From assembly GCF_006345805.1 (NCBI RefSeq), contig NC_043006.1, forward strand, positions 53,382,001 to 53,446,000: 64,000 nucleotides of DNA. The letters run 5' to 3'. The notes below the pieces were generated by a model. That model did no database searches. It was not told where the DNA came from and worked only from the letters and a program-made list of their open reading frames with translations. A program made the translations under genes and the position numbers. Each line of letters begins with the position of its first letter. Positions within the stretch are counted from its first letter, which is position 1. Positions 61,421 through 64,000 of this stretch are shown here, in pieces. Source of the DNA: Octopus sinensis. Its lineage: Eukaryota.

Positions 61421-62369
61421 TATAGATAGATATGTGTAGGTGGATAGATGTGATGAATTTTACCAACAGAGTAGATAAGTGACTTAATCATAAGAATAAA
61501 GATGGACTCCCATTACACTAATTTCGTCGTAGATCACATTGAGATCTAATCATTCATCCTCAGCTATACGACCACTCCATCAATGGTTAGATCGATGACA
61601 CCTCGTTCACCAGCGAATAATCCACCTTCTTTATCTTGTTCATCAATAATTCCTACTTTGCTTTAGAATTCACGTCCAGTATGAAGAACCCCCTCTATTA
61701 GCCCCCTACTGTTGATTTCCACATCTCAGTTGCAATCAATAACATACACCATTTACAAATCTGAGCACTACTAATCTACATAAGTGCACTCCTCCTTCAA
61801 TTATTATCACCCTCATCCCTCAAATTGTAAATCAGTAACGAACCTCTACTTCTCACAATTTCTTCAATACCATCCAAATTATATAATAAAGACTCGTTTC
61901 TCTCCCTTGAGTTGTCAACAGACCTGCAACACTCCTGTTGCACATGTCCAACAAGGGACTAAATTCACAACAGCTCACCATTTACACTGCACTATATATC
62001 TGCAAATATCACTTTTGAAGATCTGACTGAAACAAAATTGAACTTAGACGAACTCCTCGCTCTTCTCCTTTCACCCAATCTTTTATTCGGAAATTCTCTC
62101 CTATTCAATCACATATACCTCAGAACATTAAGTATCTCTACTGAAGCTATTGTATACCTTCCTTCTCACTCATAACCAACCCTAAATTATCAAATCCACT
62201 AACCCCCATTTACTTATACTGTTTGAAGGACCAACAAGAAAGACTCTATGAAATAGCTCTATCTGCTAGAAATCGCGGCCAAATTCCCTGAAAGTACGTT
62301 TAGAAAAGGAGACGTTGAATAATGAGTACATGGGTTTCCTATGTTGTTGTTGTTTTTTCCTTCTGCTCA

Positions 62370-62475
62370 TAGGGTCGGTTTCCCGGTTTCCTTGGCGTAC
62401 AGATTCCCCCATTGCCCGGTCTGAGATTCGAACCCGCGATCCCTCGACCGCGAGTCCGCTGCTCTAACCACGGGT
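62370..62475 (-). mobile_element. tRNA-Arg-like SINE head (family C-related)
   Basis: Minus strand GTGGTTAGAGCAGCGGACTCGCGGTCGAGGGATCGCGGGTTCGAATCTCAGACCGGG. Confidence 0.7.
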
Positions 62476-63021
62476 CTCCTATACTTATGGTGAAATCGAG
62501 ATGTTCACAGACAGAACAACTGCGATCATAGACCTGTTCAATCGGTTTTGACCTAGGACGAAACTACAACATCAACAACTACTACTGCGTTCCCTGAAAG
62601 TTCCGCACTGCGTTGAATAAAAGTGAAACGGAATTCCGCTTGGGTGACCACTTCTAGGAACGTCTCCTTCACATCCGTAACAACGCCTGATTCAGTACGA
62701 CATGGCAAACTTGTTACCATTTCGATATTACTCTATATTTAGATGTCAAACAAAGCGAATGAGTGAGTTTGTTTGTCATTTAACCTCATGTCAACCTTAC
62801 TTAAACAGACCCATGATCAAGGACATTCTATGACCATCCCGTTGTTTTATATATCAGAAACTACATTATTTAATGTGTTCTACCATTTTTTTAGACGGTG
62901 GAGTGGAGTTTGAAAAGAATTTGGCTGCTGTTTCTGATGGCTGGAGCGACCGCTTATGGACTCATTCGTGAGAGTAGGACAGATTATATTACTTAGTATT
63001 ATTAGTAAGCAAATATCTTTT

Positions 63022-63392
63022 ATAGTCATTAGACTGCGATCATACTGGGTCACCACCTTGAAGAATATTTAGTCGAATGAATCGATCCCAGTACTTTTTA
63101 AGTCTGATACTTATTCTATCTGCCTCTTTGCCGAGCCGTTATGTTACAGGAACGTAAACACATCAACACCGGTTGTCAAGTGGTGGCGGGGGACACTCAA
63201 CGACACACACATATAAAGAAGCCCGTTGTATATGAACTTCTTTCAGTTTCCGACCACCAAATCCACTCACAAGACTTTAGTCGGACCGCGGCTATAATAA
63301 AAGACACTTGGCCAAGGTGCCACGCAGTGGAACTGAACCCAGAACTATGTAGCTGGGAAGCTATTTTACCACATATTCACGCCGGCGCCTAT
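63022..63392 (-). mobile_element. SINE family A, full length (diverged)
   Basis: Tail and head both recognisable; very short internal microsatellite. Confidence 0.8.
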
Positions 63393-63851
63393 TAGAATTT
63401 TTATATCTTTTCCATCTCAATTTTTAAAAACTAAACCCTTTAAGAGTAAACGTTAAGAGTAAGCCCTGTTCTACGTGACACATTCAACCAGTATCCGAAG
63501 TTTCAAAGTGTTTAGCTAAAAAAAAATATGTGCTTGAGATGGAACAGATCCGAATTTTTTAAATATTATTCAGTGTTAGACACAAGCAAGAGAAAGGGTT
63601 ATTTTACACGATGTTATGTAGTAGCAAGTGGAAGAGGGGGAATTGGATTTTTGATATTACTCACATTTGACTCAAAGTCGTTGAGGAATTTTGCTAATTT
63701 TCTAAATGGAATTTGTATGTTACCATATCATTTCTTTTTCTTTGCTTTTTTTTTTTGCCTCTATTCAATATTTACACAGACAATAATTCAAACTATCGGC
63801 TTCTAGTCTTCATTTTGTGTTTGATAACTTTATCAAATCAACTCAAACTGA

Positions 63852-64000
63852 AGGTGGATGGGCTGGCAGAATTGCTAACGCTAGGCACAATGTTCTTTAC
63901 GTTCTGGGTTCAAATCCCGCCGAAGTTAACTTTATTGCTTCGGAGTCGAAAATTAAAGTTGCAGTCAAGTACTTGATTCGATGGTTTCAATTAATAACCC
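63852..64000 (+). mobile_element. SINE family D (diverged, runs to the window edge)
   Basis: CTGGCAGAATTGCTAACG..GTTCTGGGTTCAAATCCCGCCGAAG..TCGAAAATTAAAG. Confidence 0.65.

Noticed and set aside
61490-62220. Highly degraded LINE coding relic
   Set aside because: Strand-biased composition hints at old coding sequence, but no ordered RT or endonuclease motifs could be recovered.

Overview
AT-rich, repeat-saturated eukaryotic DNA, most likely from an octopus or other coleoid cephalopod (inferred from the tRNA-derived SINE families I recognise; not database-checked). I cannot support any host protein-coding gene. Most listed ORFs are microsatellite read-throughs, and there is one weak exon candidate at 59489-59681. 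The window contains about 18 copies or fragments of one bipartite SINE, several other SINE families, and decayed RTE, CR1 and R4/Dong-like (RLE) LINEs. It also holds two mariner relics, a hAT-type MITE with an 8-bp TSD, a non-autonomous Helitron-like element, a 3.4-kb degenerate Penelope-like element (RT + GIY-YIG, probably Hydra clade), several foldback elements and a 100-N gap. The most notable signal, which the ORF track does not show, is a set of minimal type I hammerhead ribozyme motifs: 8 well-formed and 3 degenerate, from several families. They sit in short non-coding elements next to (TA)n tracts, some with pseudo-LTR-like direct repeats or inverted ends. Two non-canonical cores recur (CUGURGA three times, CCGACGA twice). 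All alignments and folds were done by eye; element boundaries are approximate unless a TIR or TSD fixes them.
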